From assembly GCA_028715985.1 (NCBI GenBank), contig JAQUQR010000004.1:73223-137222 (forward strand): a DNA stretch of 64,000 nt, in the 5' to 3' direction. A program made the position numbers and the translations under genes. Below, piece after piece: positions 10,958-20,747 of the stretch; the first letter of the stretch is position 1, and every line of letters starts with the position of its first letter. This DNA comes from Methanocellales archaeon. Lineage in GTDB: Archaea > Halobacteriota > UBA148. A model generated the notes under the pieces. That model worked only from the letters and a program-made list of their open reading frames with translations, made no database searches and had not been told where the DNA came from.

Positions 10958-13393
10958 ATGCTGAAAAATAAGTTCATTTTTATTTCGGTTTTGATGGTGG
11001 CTTTTCTGGCACTGGCAAGCGGGGCCCAGGCAGCCCACTGGATTGCTGGTACTGTCAACGATGCAGCAGACGGCAAGCCTGCTGATGGGCATACGGTCAT
11101 CATATACTATCTGGGCGACGAAGCCCGTAATAATTCTGGCATCATAGGTCCAACGGTTGAGAATCCTGATATTTTAAATAACAAGTACCAGATTGATGCC
11201 CAAGCGATTCCAGGCCATACATGGAAAGAAGGCGATGTAATCTATGCGAAAGTAATTGACAACGGAGACGGCTATACTGCTGGACCGGTTTCCGTGACTA
11301 CAACAGGTGCAGGATACGATGTTGAGCCTGACATGACCCTTCAAGCCTCTGTAATGGCGAATGCAGGTCCTGACCAGATGGTTGATGAAGATGTTATAGT
11401 ATATTTCAACGGCTCAGCCTCCACTATGGCAGTCAATTACTCCTGGGACTTCGATGCCAGCGATGGAATCCAGGAGGATGCTACAGGAGTTAACGTGAGC
11501 CATGTCTATGCCGATCCCGGTGTATATACAGTAACCCTCACCATAAACGCCGGAGCGAGCAATGACACCCTAATAGTCACCGTAAACGACATCACGTCCC
11601 CAACAGCCAATGCAGGTTCGGATCAGACCGTTTTAAACGGTACAACAGTGACATTTAACGGCACCTTATCCACCGATAACGTCGCCATAGTAAACTACTC
11701 TTGGGACTTCGATGCCAGTAACGGCATCCAGGAGGATGCTACAGGTGCTGTTGTGACCTATCTTTATCCCGCTTTTGGCACCTACACGGCAACCCTTACC
11801 GTATCTGACGCAGCAGGCAACAATGACACGGACACGGTCAATATAACTGTCACGGAGGTCAGAGCAGATGCAGGTCCTGACCAGACGGTTGATGAAGACA
11901 CGGTGGTCTATTTCAACGGTTCCAACTCTTCAGGTGCGTTAAACCACTCCTGGGATTTCGATGTAAGCGACGGCATCCAATCAGATGCCACAGGAGTTAA
12001 CGTGAGCCATATCTACGCTCAACCAGGCGTTTACACCGTAACCCTCACCATAAACGCCGGAGCGAGCAATGACACCCTTGTCGTCACAGTGAATGACATC
12101 ACGCCCCCAACAGCCAACGCAGGTCCAGATCAGAACGTTCTAAACGGCACTCTTGTGCAATTCAATGGAACGTTATCCACCGACAATGTCGCTATAGTAA
12201 ACTACTCCTGGGACTTCGATGCCAGCGATGGCATTCAAGAGGACGCTACAGGTGCTGTTGTGACCCATCTTTATCCCGCTTTTGGCACCTACACGGCAAC
12301 CCTTACCGTATCTGACGCAGCAGGCAACAATGACACTGACATAGTCAACATCACCGTCGCGGCAATAATAGCAGATGCAGGTCCTGACCAGACGGTTAAC
12401 GAGGACATCGTAGTCTATTTCAACGGCTCAGGCTCTTCAGGTGCGTTAAACTACTCTTGGGATTTCGATGCAAGCGACGGCATCCAATCAGATGCCACAG
12501 GAGTTAACGTGAGCCATATCTACGCTCAACCAGGCGTTTACACCGTAACCCTCACCATAAACGCCGGAGCGAGCAATGACACTCTAACGGTCACAGTAAA
12601 GGATGTAACGCCACCGACAGCCAATGCGGGTCCCAACCAAATTGTATTAAACGGCACTTTTGCTGAATTCAATGGATCATCATCCACCGATAACGTCGCT
12701 ATAGTAAACTACTCCTGGGACTTCGATGCCAGCAACGGCATTCAGGAGGATGCTACAGGCGCTATAGTAACCCATCTTTACCCAACCTTTGGCACCTACA
12801 CGGCAACCCTCACCGTATCTGACGCAGCAGGCAACAATGACACTGACACCGTTAACGTCAGCGTAGTGCCTTCAGTTGCACCCATTGGATTGACAGTGGT
12901 GTTAAATGCGGATAATACGGTCACATTAACCTGGGTTGAATCCCTTTTGGGCAATTTTGACATCTATGCATCAAACACATCTGGAGTCAGCCTAGTTACT
13001 CCCATAGCTACAGGTTATGGATATTCTTGGACAGATAACGATGCGGATGCTTATTCCCATAGGTATTATAAGGTCAGAGCCAAGGGAATTATTGGGTCCG
13101 AAACCATTGCAAAATATGACGTTAACCTCGTCAAAAAGCCCGGCGGCACAGGTAAGAATTGGATATCGATGCCTGAAAATCCTGCCATTACAAATGCATC
13201 CTCCTTAATGAAGGCAATAGGGCCCACATGTGACTCCATAAACCGATGGAACCCTGTTACCCAGAAACCAGAAGGCTGGATCTCACTGATGGGCGGCATG
13301 GGCACGAATTTTGCTGTTACACCCTATGAAGGCTACGAGGTATCTGTCAACGCCAACACAACGTTTACTGTTGTGGGAATCATGGGCTATTAG
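10958..13393 (+). CDS. Secreted PKD-repeat protein: module B, six PKD domains, one C module
   Basis: Signal peptide; AHWIAGTVNDAADG domain; six ANAG.DQ.V...F.GS.S...YSWDFD...H.Y...G.YT.TLT repeats; a C-terminal NRWNPVTQKPEGW module. Confidence 0.85.
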   Translation: MLKNKFIFISVLMVAFLALASGAQAAHWIAGTVNDAADGKPADGHTVIIYYLGDEARNNSGIIGPTVENPDILNNKYQIDAQAIPGHTWKEGDVIYAKVIDNGDGYTAGPVSVTTTGAGYDVEPDMTLQASVMANAGPDQMVDEDVIVYFNGSASTMAVNYSWDFDASDGIQEDATGVNVSHVYADPGVYTVTLTINAGASNDTLIVTVNDITSPTANAGSDQTVLNGTTVTFNGTLSTDNVAIVNYSWDFDASNGIQEDATGAVVTYLYPAFGTYTATLTVSDAAGNNDTDTVNITVTEVRADAGPDQTVDEDTVVYFNGSNSSGALNHSWDFDVSDGIQSDATGVNVSHIYAQPGVYTVTLTINAGASNDTLVVTVNDITPPTANAGPDQNVLNGTLVQFNGTLSTDNVAIVNYSWDFDASDGIQEDATGAVVTHLYPAFGTYTATLTVSDAAGNNDTDIVNITVAAIIADAGPDQTVNEDIVVYFNGSGSSGALNYSWDFDASDGIQSDATGVNVSHIYAQPGVYTVTLTINAGASNDTLTVTVKDVTPPTANAGPNQIVLNGTFAEFNGSSSTDNVAIVNYSWDFDASNGIQEDATGAIVTHLYPTFGTYTATLTVSDAAGNNDTDTVNVSVVPSVAPIGLTVVLNADNTVTLTWVESLLGNFDIYASNTSGVSLVTPIATGYGYSWTDNDADAYSHRYYKVRAKGIIGSETIAKYDVNLVKKPGGTGKNWISMPENPAITNASSLMKAIGPTCDSINRWNPVTQKPEGWISLMGGMGTNFAVTPYEGYEVSVNANTTFTVVGIMGY
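11354..12865 (+). repeat. Intragenic tandem triplication of a ~510-bp two-PKD unit
   Basis: Near-identical DNA blocks recur three times, e.g. ACCCTCACCATAAACGCCGGAGCGAGCAATGACAC and GGCACCTACACGGCAACCCT. Confidence 0.85.
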
Positions 13394-13458
13394 GTGGATA
13401 AAAGTATATATATGTAATACGCACATAAAAATAGGGAAAGGGAGGTATCAAAAAAAAG

Positions 13459-14709
13459 ATGAGAGCGAATAAACTTATTTTTATTTCGGTCTTAACAGTG
13501 GCTTTCCTGGCACTGATGAGCGGAGCGCAAGCAGCCCACTGGATTTCTGGAACGGTCAACGATGCCGCAGACAGCACGCCAGCAAACGGACACAAGGTCA
13601 TCATCTACTATCTGGGAGACCAAGCCCATAACGTATCCGACACCATAGGTCCCGCTGGTATGTCTGGTACGAGTAACATGTATATGTGTGATGCTGAGTC
13701 CATTCCAGGTCACGTATGGGCTCCCGGCGATGTAATCTACGCCAAGGTAATTGACACCGGCGACGGCTACACTGCTGGGCCAGTTTCTGTGACTACCACA
13801 GGTGCAGGCTTCGATACTGAGCCTACCATGACACTCGAAATTTGGGTACCGCCACCCATCGTGGCAGAGCCCCAGGCAAGCCCATCGCAAATAAGCATCA
13901 ATACAGGCGTTACGGAACTGAGCGTCAAAGTGTACAAAACCTCTTATGACATTGATACGGTTACAGTAAACCTCTCTCAAATTGGTGGTCTGAGTAATCA
14001 CATGATGAGCCTCAAGGAAGTCATTAACGCTACGGCCTCCATTTATAATTGTACAACCAACTCAAGTGTGGAAGGTACTTTTAGTCTTCCGGTAAATGCC
14101 ACAGACATCTACGGCAATTCCAACACATCCGTTAGCATTTCTCTGGAGGTCACAAGTGCCATTCAAATCCAGTACAACCTCGTCAAAAAGCCTGGAAGCA
14201 CAGGCAAGAACTGGATCAGCATACCTCTTGAAACGAACATTACAACAGCATCCCAATTAATGTCTGCAATAGGATCCAACTGCGATGCAGTCAACCGATG
14301 GAACCCTGTTACCCAGAAATCAGAAGGCTGGATTTCACTATTTGGAGGCATGGGCACTAACTTTGCAATAGTGCCTGGCGAAGGCTACGAAGTATCGGTC
14401 ACAGCAAACACGACTTTCTCAGTCTTAGGAACCATACCCACCACACAAAGCATCAATCTCGTCAAAAAACCTGGCAGCACTGGCAAGAATTGGGTCGGAC
14501 TTCCCTACTTCACAACCAAATCCAATGCCTCTCAACTGATGAGTTCAATAGGATCCAACTGCGATGCAGTCAACCGATGGAACCCTGTTACCCAGAAATC
14601 AGAAGGTTGGATTTCACTATTTGGAGGCATGGGTACGAACTTCAACATCACAACAGGCGCAGGCTACGAAGTATCGGTTACAGGAAATACGACATGGATG
14701 CCTACTTGA
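13459..14709 (+). CDS. Secreted adaptor-like protein: module B, one Ig-like D domain, two C modules
   Basis: AHWISGTVNDAAD; VTVNLSQIGG...ATD..N.NTSVSISL; tandem NRWNPVTQKSEGWISLFGG modules. Confidence 0.8.
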   Translation: MRANKLIFISVLTVAFLALMSGAQAAHWISGTVNDAADSTPANGHKVIIYYLGDQAHNVSDTIGPAGMSGTSNMYMCDAESIPGHVWAPGDVIYAKVIDTGDGYTAGPVSVTTTGAGFDTEPTMTLEIWVPPPIVAEPQASPSQISINTGVTELSVKVYKTSYDIDTVTVNLSQIGGLSNHMMSLKEVINATASIYNCTTNSSVEGTFSLPVNATDIYGNSNTSVSISLEVTSAIQIQYNLVKKPGSTGKNWISIPLETNITTASQLMSAIGSNCDAVNRWNPVTQKSEGWISLFGGMGTNFAIVPGEGYEVSVTANTTFSVLGTIPTTQSINLVKKPGSTGKNWVGLPYFTTKSNASQLMSSIGSNCDAVNRWNPVTQKSEGWISLFGGMGTNFNITTGAGYEVSVTGNTTWMPT

Positions 14710-14778
14710 GTCAAAAAGAAAAAATTAATAATTGAATTAGAAAAAAATACTGAATAGGAAGTGAGAAGGGAGAAAAAG

Positions 14779-16143
14779 ATGAAACAGAAAATATGTCTTG
14801 TATTTGTCTTAACAGTGGCTTTCTTGGCACTGATGAGCGGGGCTCAAGCAGCCCACTGGATTTCTGGAACGGTCAACGATGCCGCAGACAGCACGCCAGC
14901 AAACGGACACACGGTCATCATCTACTATCTGGGAGATGAAGCCAATTATGTATCCGACACCATAGGTCCAACCGGCGCATCTGGTACAAATAACATGTAT
15001 ATGTGCGATTCGGAGTCCATTCCAAACCATGTATGGGCTCCCGGCGATGTGATCTACGCGAAAGTAACAGACAATGGAGATGGCTACACCGCTGGACCGG
15101 TTTCCGTGACTACAACAGGTGCAGGCTTTGATGTTATGCCTGCCATGACACTTCAGGCAGCACCAGACACAACAGCACCTGTGATAACAAGCCCAACAGC
15201 AACCCCATCTTCAATACCTGCGGATGGAGCTACGACATCTGTGTTGAACGCAACGGTAACGGATAATGTCGGCATCGCAAGCGTTACAGTGGACCTCTCT
15301 ACAATAGGGGGCTCTGCTACGACAGCGATGACGAAGGTTGGCACTACAGACGTTTACAGCGTAACCACGACTGCATCGACATCGACAGCCTTAGGAACCA
15401 AAAGCTTAACAGTCACTGCGACTGACACTAATACCACTCCGAATACGGCAACCAGTAGCATTTCATTGACTGTTACAGCCGTACCAGACACATTTGCACC
15501 CATAGTTACCAACCCAACTGCGACGCCATCCACCATATACGCAAACGGGATTGCAACATCTCAGTTGAGCGTAACGGTAACGGATGGTACTGGCATCGCA
15601 AGCGTTACAGTGAACCTCTCTGCAATAGGGGGCTCTGCTACGACAGCGATGACGAAGGTTGGCACTACAGACGTTTACAGCGTAACCACGACCGCAGCGC
15701 CAACGACAGCACCTGGGACCTACAACTTGGCTGTTACTGCGACAGACAGCAGTACGAACGCTAACACCAACACATCGGTTAGCATTTCATTGACGGTTCA
15801 GGCGTTGCCTGTGACCATCACGTCAGTCTCGATCGACGATTCAACCGCCAGCAAGGGACAGAACTTCACTGCGCGCATAAACATGAGTTCAACTGTTACT
15901 GGGTGGTATGTCGTTGTTGTCAGTGGAATTGAATCCGGCGGAGAAGGTATAGCTGGTATAGGAACGGTCTATTTAACTGCAAGTCAGTCTGTAACGAATA
16001 TGCCTGTACTCGTGCATATCCCGTCTCAGGCAACAGTGGGTAGTTATACCCTCTATGCAGGAGCATATGCGATAGGTGACTATCCAGCAAACCTAGCAAG
16101 CATAATAGACCATGCAGGGCCTGTGACTGCGACGGTCACATGA
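14779..16143 (+). CDS. Secreted protein: module B, two Ig-like D domains, unique C-terminal domain
   Basis: Signal peptide and B module nearly identical to 13459; duplicated VTV.LS.IGGSATTAMTKVGTTDVYSVTTTA; ATG at 14779 preferred over GTG at 14761. Confidence 0.8.
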   Translation: MKQKICLVFVLTVAFLALMSGAQAAHWISGTVNDAADSTPANGHTVIIYYLGDEANYVSDTIGPTGASGTNNMYMCDSESIPNHVWAPGDVIYAKVTDNGDGYTAGPVSVTTTGAGFDVMPAMTLQAAPDTTAPVITSPTATPSSIPADGATTSVLNATVTDNVGIASVTVDLSTIGGSATTAMTKVGTTDVYSVTTTASTSTALGTKSLTVTATDTNTTPNTATSSISLTVTAVPDTFAPIVTNPTATPSTIYANGIATSQLSVTVTDGTGIASVTVNLSAIGGSATTAMTKVGTTDVYSVTTTAAPTTAPGTYNLAVTATDSSTNANTNTSVSISLTVQALPVTITSVSIDDSTASKGQNFTARINMSSTVTGWYVVVVSGIESGGEGIAGIGTVYLTASQSVTNMPVLVHIPSQATVGSYTLYAGAYAIGDYPANLASIIDHAGPVTATVT

Positions 16144-16174
16144 CTCTTTTGATTTGTGGGGAGATGAACTAACC

Positions 16175-16936
16175 ATGAAAAAAAGAGTTGAATGGGGAAT
16201 TGTTTTAGCAATTCTCGTATTGGCATCTTCATTAATCGCACCCGCATCTGCTGTAGATCAGCTTGCTATTTCAGTCTCTCCTGATCCAGCGGTTCAAGAC
16301 CTAGCCTTAACGGTAACCGTTACAGCGTCAGGCAGTCCTGTCTCAGGCGTATTCGTACAGTTTATCCTGAATGGTGGAACGCCAATATATGCATCGACGG
16401 ATGCAAGCGGTCAAGCGATATTTAAACCGCTTCTGACAGGCACATTGGAGATAATTGCGACAAAATCAGGGTATCTAACCGCAACTAAATCTGTATCGGT
16501 TGGGGTGGCGCCTACGCCTACACCCACGCCCACACCTACACCCACGCCTACGCCCGTAACTCCTGGAACAGGTGGCGGCGGGTACGTACCGTCACCTACA
16601 CCGACGGCAACACCAACAGCAACACCAGCGCCAACAGCAACACCAACAGCAACACCAACAGCAACACCAACAGCAGCACCAGCACCCACACCAGCACCCA
16701 CACCAGCACCCACACCTGCACCCACACCTGCGCCAACACCGAAACCAACACCAGCACCTACACCAGCACCCACACCAGCGCCTACACCAAAACCAACACC
16801 AGCACCTACAGTCAGACCAACGCTAGCCCCAGCTCCAACACCCACGCCAACGCCTGGTATACCGGGATTTGAGGCAGCCTTCGCAATCGTTGGACTCCTA
16901 GCGGTTGCATATTTGATTAGACGAAGAGAATATTAA
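16175..16936 (+). CDS. PGF-CTERM sorting-domain surface protein (Ig-like domain plus PT linker)
   Basis: C-terminal [25 protein letters not shown] is a classic archaeosortase A target; long PT/PA linker. Confidence 0.9.
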   Translation: MKKRVEWGIVLAILVLASSLIAPASAVDQLAISVSPDPAVQDLALTVTVTASGSPVSGVFVQFILNGGTPIYASTDASGQAIFKPLLTGTLEIIATKSGYLTATKSVSVGVAPTPTPTPTPTPTPTPVTPGTGGGGYVPSPTPTATPTATPAPTATPTATPTATPTAAPAPTPAPTPAPTPAPTPAPTPKPTPAPTPAPTPAPTPKPTPAPTVRPTLAPAPTPTPTPGIPGFEAAFAIVGLLAVAYLIRRREY

Positions 16937-17081
16937 GCTAAAACGAAGGGAGGCTAAAACGAAGGTAGCAATCCCTTCTACAATTTTTTTATTTATCTAT
17001 TTATCTTAATCAAAAGTTCTAGGATTTTAACCCCCTTTTAGTTCGCAACTCTTAATTAAGTTCACATCCTATTGTAACTGG

Positions 17082-18251
17082 ATGTTGAGCATCGCAATTG
17101 CAGGGAAGCCAAATACAGGCAAATCGACTTATTTCAAGGCATCAACGATGGTGGATGTGGCAATAGCGTCATATCCCTTCACCACAATCGATGCCAACCA
17201 TGGGATTTCCCATGTACGAACGAAATGTCCATGTAAGGAACTTGGCGTTCCTTGCAACAATTGCATAGGTGGAAATCGGTTCATCCCTATTGAATTCATA
17301 GACGTTGCAGGTCTGGTTCCAGACGCCCATCTGGGAAAAGGTCTGGGAAACGAATTCTTGGATCAGTTGCGTCAGGCCCAGGCGGTCATACATGTGGTTG
17401 ACTCCTCGGGGGGAACGGATGCGGAGGGCAATCCTGTGGAGATAGGAACCCGGGATCCCCTTGAAGATGTACGTTTCTTGGAGCGGGAAATGACGCTGTG
17501 GCTTTTTGGCATCCTCAAGCGCAACTGGAGTCGATTGGTTCGAAAAATTCAGTCCACTAGGATTGAGCAGGTTTTCGCAGAGCAACTGATGGGCGCCGGT
17601 GCGGATGAAACAAGGATAAAAGAGGCATTGCATAATGCATCTTTGGGCGACAAGCCGGCATCATGGTCTGATGAAGACCTAATGCGCATAGCAGACGAGA
17701 TCAGAAAGACGACTAAACCGATGATAATCGCAGCAAACAAGATCGATATCGCTCCAAAAGAAAACATCCAAAAACTTCTTTCACTGAAAGACTATATGGT
17801 AGTTCCCACTTCATCCGAAGCTGAACTGGTGCTCAGAATGGGTGAAAAGAGCGGATTGCTCAGCTACCTTCCTGGTGACTCCGATTTTGAGATCACGGGT
17901 GAGCTATCTCAGGCTCAAAAAGAATGCCTGGACCTCCTAAAATCTTTGCTAAAGCGATATGGTAGCACAGGCATCCAAGAATGTGTGAACCGTGCTGTCT
18001 TCAAACTGCTGGACATGATAGTAGCTTACCCGGTGGAGGACGAGAACAAGTTCTCGGATAAGGATGGGAGAGTATTGCCGGACGCATTCTTGATGAAGAA
18101 AGGGCAGACTGCACATGATATGGCATATCAAGTCCACACCGACCTGGGTAAAAGCTTCTTGTATGCTATAGATGCGAGGACGAAGCGCAGGCTCAGCGAA
18201 AAACACGTTTTGGAAGATGGTGACATCATTAAGATAGTTTCTGCTAAATAA
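17082..18251 (+). CDS. ychF: Obg-family ATPase/GTPase YchF (archaeal type)
   Basis: GKPNTGKST, YPFTTIDAN, DVAGLVP, NKID; C-terminal TGS domain. Confidence 0.9.
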   Translation: MLSIAIAGKPNTGKSTYFKASTMVDVAIASYPFTTIDANHGISHVRTKCPCKELGVPCNNCIGGNRFIPIEFIDVAGLVPDAHLGKGLGNEFLDQLRQAQAVIHVVDSSGGTDAEGNPVEIGTRDPLEDVRFLEREMTLWLFGILKRNWSRLVRKIQSTRIEQVFAEQLMGAGADETRIKEALHNASLGDKPASWSDEDLMRIADEIRKTTKPMIIAANKIDIAPKENIQKLLSLKDYMVVPTSSEAELVLRMGEKSGLLSYLPGDSDFEITGELSQAQKECLDLLKSLLKRYGSTGIQECVNRAVFKLLDMIVAYPVEDENKFSDKDGRVLPDAFLMKKGQTAHDMAYQVHTDLGKSFLYAIDARTKRRLSEKHVLEDGDIIKIVSAK

Positions 18252-18267
18252 ATGTGGGGAATGGAAA

Positions 18268-18663
18268 ATGAAGAAAGTACGAGATGTTATGACTAAAGGT
18301 GTAGTTACGATCCATTTGGATACGTCTGTCAAGGAGATTGCGGCAGTTCTGATAAAAAACGACATTTCTGGCGTCGTTGCGGTCGACAGCACGGGAGAGA
18401 CCTGGGGGGTGGTTACTGATATGGATCTGGTAAAGTGCTATGCAGAGGGGAAAACCGACGTAGTTGCTGAGAGTATCATGTCGCCTCAAACGCTTGCCGT
18501 GGACCCGGATATGAGCCTTAAAGATGCGGCGGCTTTCATGCATTCCCACCAAATCCATAGGGCATTCGTGATGTCTGCCAGAAGCGCATACGTGACCAAA
18601 AACATTCCAATCGGCGTTATTTCAGCAACGGATGTGGCTCGTGAGCTGGCCAGGCACATCTAA
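18268..18663 (+). CDS. CBS-pair protein
   Basis: VRDVMTK..VTI, GVVTDMDL, IGVISATDV. Confidence 0.85.
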   Translation: MKKVRDVMTKGVVTIHLDTSVKEIAAVLIKNDISGVVAVDSTGETWGVVTDMDLVKCYAEGKTDVVAESIMSPQTLAVDPDMSLKDAAAFMHSHQIHRAFVMSARSAYVTKNIPIGVISATDVARELARHI

Positions 18664-18709
18664 TCTAACGAGAAAAGTTTATTAACATCGGAGGCACATT
18701 GCAAGACCT

Positions 18710-19234
18710 ATGACAAGATCATTTTATTCATACATAAGAGATGCCCACAAAAGGCCAAAAAAGACGTATGTGGACGAATTGATGTGGCATCGGCTACAAG
18801 AATGGCGCAGAGAGCCCACCATACAACGAATTGAGCATCCTACTAGGTTAGACCGAGCCAGAGAGCTGGGATACAAAGCCAAGCAGGGCATAATCTTGGT
18901 AAGGGCCAAAGTCCGCAGAGGTGGAAGGCGCATATCTCGCTTCACTGGTGGAAGGAGAAGTGCGCACATGGGTGTACATAGCATCACGCCGGCTAAATCC
19001 CTTCAGAGAATTGCAGAAGAGCGTGCGTCACGCAAACATCCCAATTTGGAGGTGTTGAATTCATACTGGGTCGGCGAGGACGGCAAAAGCAAGTGGTATG
19101 AGGTGATACTTATGGATCGCAGCCATCCGTCCATCCAGAGTGATCCAGAGTTGAGTTGGATTTGCAATCCATCTCACAAAGGGCGCGCCTTCAGGGGCAA
19201 GACCTCTGCTGGTAAAAAGAATAGATGTAAATAA
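18710..19234 (+). CDS. rpl15e: 50S ribosomal protein L15e
   Basis: [30 protein letters not shown]. Confidence 0.97.
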   Translation: MTRSFYSYIRDAHKRPKKTYVDELMWHRLQEWRREPTIQRIEHPTRLDRARELGYKAKQGIILVRAKVRRGGRRISRFTGGRRSAHMGVHSITPAKSLQRIAEERASRKHPNLEVLNSYWVGEDGKSKWYEVILMDRSHPSIQSDPELSWICNPSHKGRAFRGKTSAGKKNRCK

Positions 19235-19242
19235 ATAGATAA

Positions 19243-19674
19243 ATGATTCGTAATATACTACTCAGAACGTTTGCACATGCCACAGAAGACATATCCCGCG
19301 TGAAATCCTCTCTAACATTATTCTTATCAGAGGGCTGCGAAATTAAGACCACAATGACGAAAGGTCACTTTGGGAACCCAATTACGGTCTTGGAGGCGAA
19401 TTTAGATCCAGAATATCATCAGTTGTTTCTTGCTGTTTTGAGAAACTTACCCAAAGCTGAACTGTTACAGTTGAAGGATGAACTAAAACGACACATTGAT
19501 GATGACTGCAATTTTTATATCAGATTTGATAAGCAGGCGGCATATAGGGGTGATGTCAAGCTAGCTCAAACTGATGATGCAGTTGTTGCTAAAATGAAAA
19601 TTATTTCCTATCCGGCTCGTAGGGAAAATGCGATTAGGTTCATGGAGGGGTTATTAGATGCCCAATTATTATGA
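19243..19674 (+). CDS. Exosome-operon RNA-binding protein (COG1325-like)
   Basis: HATED, GHFGNPI, FYIRFDKQAAY; conserved position between rpl15e and rnp3. Confidence 0.85.
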   Translation: MIRNILLRTFAHATEDISRVKSSLTLFLSEGCEIKTTMTKGHFGNPITVLEANLDPEYHQLFLAVLRNLPKAELLQLKDELKRHIDDDCNFYIRFDKQAAYRGDVKLAQTDDAVVAKMKIISYPARRENAIRFMEGLLDAQLL

Positions 19675-20320
19675 TCTCAATGTGCATTCTTCTCCTGAGG
19701 ACCCACCTGAACGGTTGGTTTCAGTGGCGAAAAGATATGGTTATACCGCCATTGCCATCACAAATCATTCGAATTTGGGGGGTGAAGTCACTGGCGAGGG
19801 GGTCATTAGTGGTATTGAAATCGTGGCTGATACAATCTCAGGGCTAAGGAAACAGATTGAGATTTATCGCCCCAAGGTGGATGTTTTGCTCGTTCATGGT
19901 GGCGATCCAAAGATCAATAGGGCTGCTGTTGAAAACTCAGAGGTAGACATCCTTGCACATCCTTCCCATCATTTCAACCATATACTAGCTGAATTTGCTG
20001 CTGAGAACGAAGTTGCCATTGAGTTCAATCTTGATGAGATCCTATACACAAGAGGCATCCCTAGGGTAAGGGCACTTTCTGCTTTTCAAAGAAATCTGAA
20101 GCTTGCAAGAAAATTCGACGTTTCAATGACCCTAAGCAGTGGTGCCAGGTCCCAATACGACCTAAGGGCTCCGAGGGAGTTAATTGCCTTGGCTGGTTTG
20201 TTCGGTATGAGCGAGAGTGAGGCAGTTTGGGCGCTCAGCCAGACGCCCTGGAACATCATCACGCGCAATCGTAAAAAAAAGCTGCCGGGATATGTGATGA
20301 ATGGCGTGGAGTTATTATGA
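19658..20320 (+). CDS. rnp3: Ribonuclease P protein component 3 (Rpp30)
   Basis: PHP-like fold; INRAAVE, LSSGARSQYDLRAPRE; synteny. Confidence 0.93.
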   Translation: MPNYYDLNVHSSPEDPPERLVSVAKRYGYTAIAITNHSNLGGEVTGEGVISGIEIVADTISGLRKQIEIYRPKVDVLLVHGGDPKINRAAVENSEVDILAHPSHHFNHILAEFAAENEVAIEFNLDEILYTRGIPRVRALSAFQRNLKLARKFDVSMTLSSGARSQYDLRAPRELIALAGLFGMSESEAVWALSQTPWNIITRNRKKKLPGYVMNGVELL

Positions 20321-20676
20321 AAAACGTGCCCTCCTCAATGCGTGAAAGAAAAAGGTATATAGCGTTCGAGGTTCTGTCAGCTGGAAAAATAGATCGTAGT
20401 GAGCTGATCAATGAACTATGGTCCTCCACATCGTCGCTTCTGGGAGACGTTGGCTCCAACTCATGCAACTTATGGGTGCTCGACTTTGATGGGAGGAGAG
20501 GCATCCTGAGATGTGCTCATGATAGGACTGCCATGGTAAGGGCAGCACTTGCGACAATCAATCGTGTTCATGGGACAAGAGTGGGAATTCGCGTCCTAGG
20601 AACCTCAGGAACAGTGAAAAGCGTAACAGAAAAGTTTATGCGACAAGTGGACCATTCTAAAGACACCATAAATTGA
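20317..20676 (+). CDS. rnp2: Ribonuclease P protein component 2 (Pop5)
   Basis: RERKRYIAFEV, GILRC, VLGTSGTVK. Confidence 0.93.
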   Translation: MKNVPSSMRERKRYIAFEVLSAGKIDRSELINELWSSTSSLLGDVGSNSCNLWVLDFDGRRGILRCAHDRTAMVRAALATINRVHGTRVGIRVLGTSGTVKSVTEKFMRQVDHSKDTIN

Positions 20677-20747
20677 TCTAATATGTGGTAAAACTATTTA
20701 TGGAAAGTTGATGTATGATGGTAGGTATTTATGAAAGGTGATGCATT

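Noticed and set aside
10306..14706. Repeated C modules as a diversity-generating retroelement TR/VR or a CRISPR array
   Set aside because: There is no reverse transcriptase or cas gene. The differences are not adenine-specific, and the repeats are in-frame protein domains without spacer structure.
16572..16826. Gln/His-rich ORF, plus antisense Gly/Val/Ala ORFs at 16411-16845 and 7860-8165
   Set aside because: These are alternative-frame readings of Pro/Thr linker codons in real genes.
16938..16965. GCTAAAACGAAGG tandem duplication after the PGF-CTERM gene
   Set aside because: It is only two copies within a terminator-like region and most likely a local slippage duplication.
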